A stretch of 64,000 nt of DNA from positions 81,840,001 to 81,904,000 of the forward strand of contig OX597823.1 in the NCBI GenBank assembly GCA_951406725.2. The letters run 5' to 3'. The notes below the pieces were generated by a model. It did no database searches. It was not told the origin of the DNA and saw nothing but the letters and a program-made list of their open reading frames with translations. Below are positions 63,992 to 64,000 of the stretch, piece after piece (positions within the stretch are counted from its first letter, which is position 1; each line of letters opens with the position of its first letter). The position numbers and the translations under genes were made by a program. This DNA comes from Octopus vulgaris (Eukaryota).

Positions 63992-64000
63992 ATATACAGC

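Overview
AT-rich, repeat-dense animal genomic DNA. The SINE and microsatellite repertoire looks like a coleoid cephalopod (Octopus-like); this is an inference. I see no convincing host protein-coding gene. The window is a large single-amino-acid tRNA cluster: about 29 full-length tRNA-Glu genes (25 TTC, 4 CTC; 14 identical to the consensus) plus about 15 decayed copies, nearly all on the minus strand. The left 30 kb is a young hierarchical segmental duplication. It has ~10 kb units starting at about 1, 13891 and 24068, and a 3.6 kb template-switch insert that contains an inverted copy. The right 34 kb holds older, diverged tRNA modules in which the CTC isoacceptor and anticodon-shifted pseudogenes appear. 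Transposon debris is interspersed: an RTE-clade LINE with three C-terminal C2H2 fingers, R4/Dong-like 3' ends stacked in (TACA)n, a Penelope-like end with a hammerhead-like motif, a hAT remnant, Merlin transposase remnants and MITEs, Helitron-type elements, a CR1-like fragment and several tRNA-derived SINEs. The most notable observations are a junction-created, triplicated 147-aa triple zinc-finger ORF, a microsatellite 'landing pad' carrying different passengers in different paralogues, two sequence-unrelated hairpin-plus-tail insertions with long TSDs, and a conserved upstream motif on the tRNA genes. All calls were made by eye, with no alignments or database searches run; coordinates of degenerate elements are approximate.
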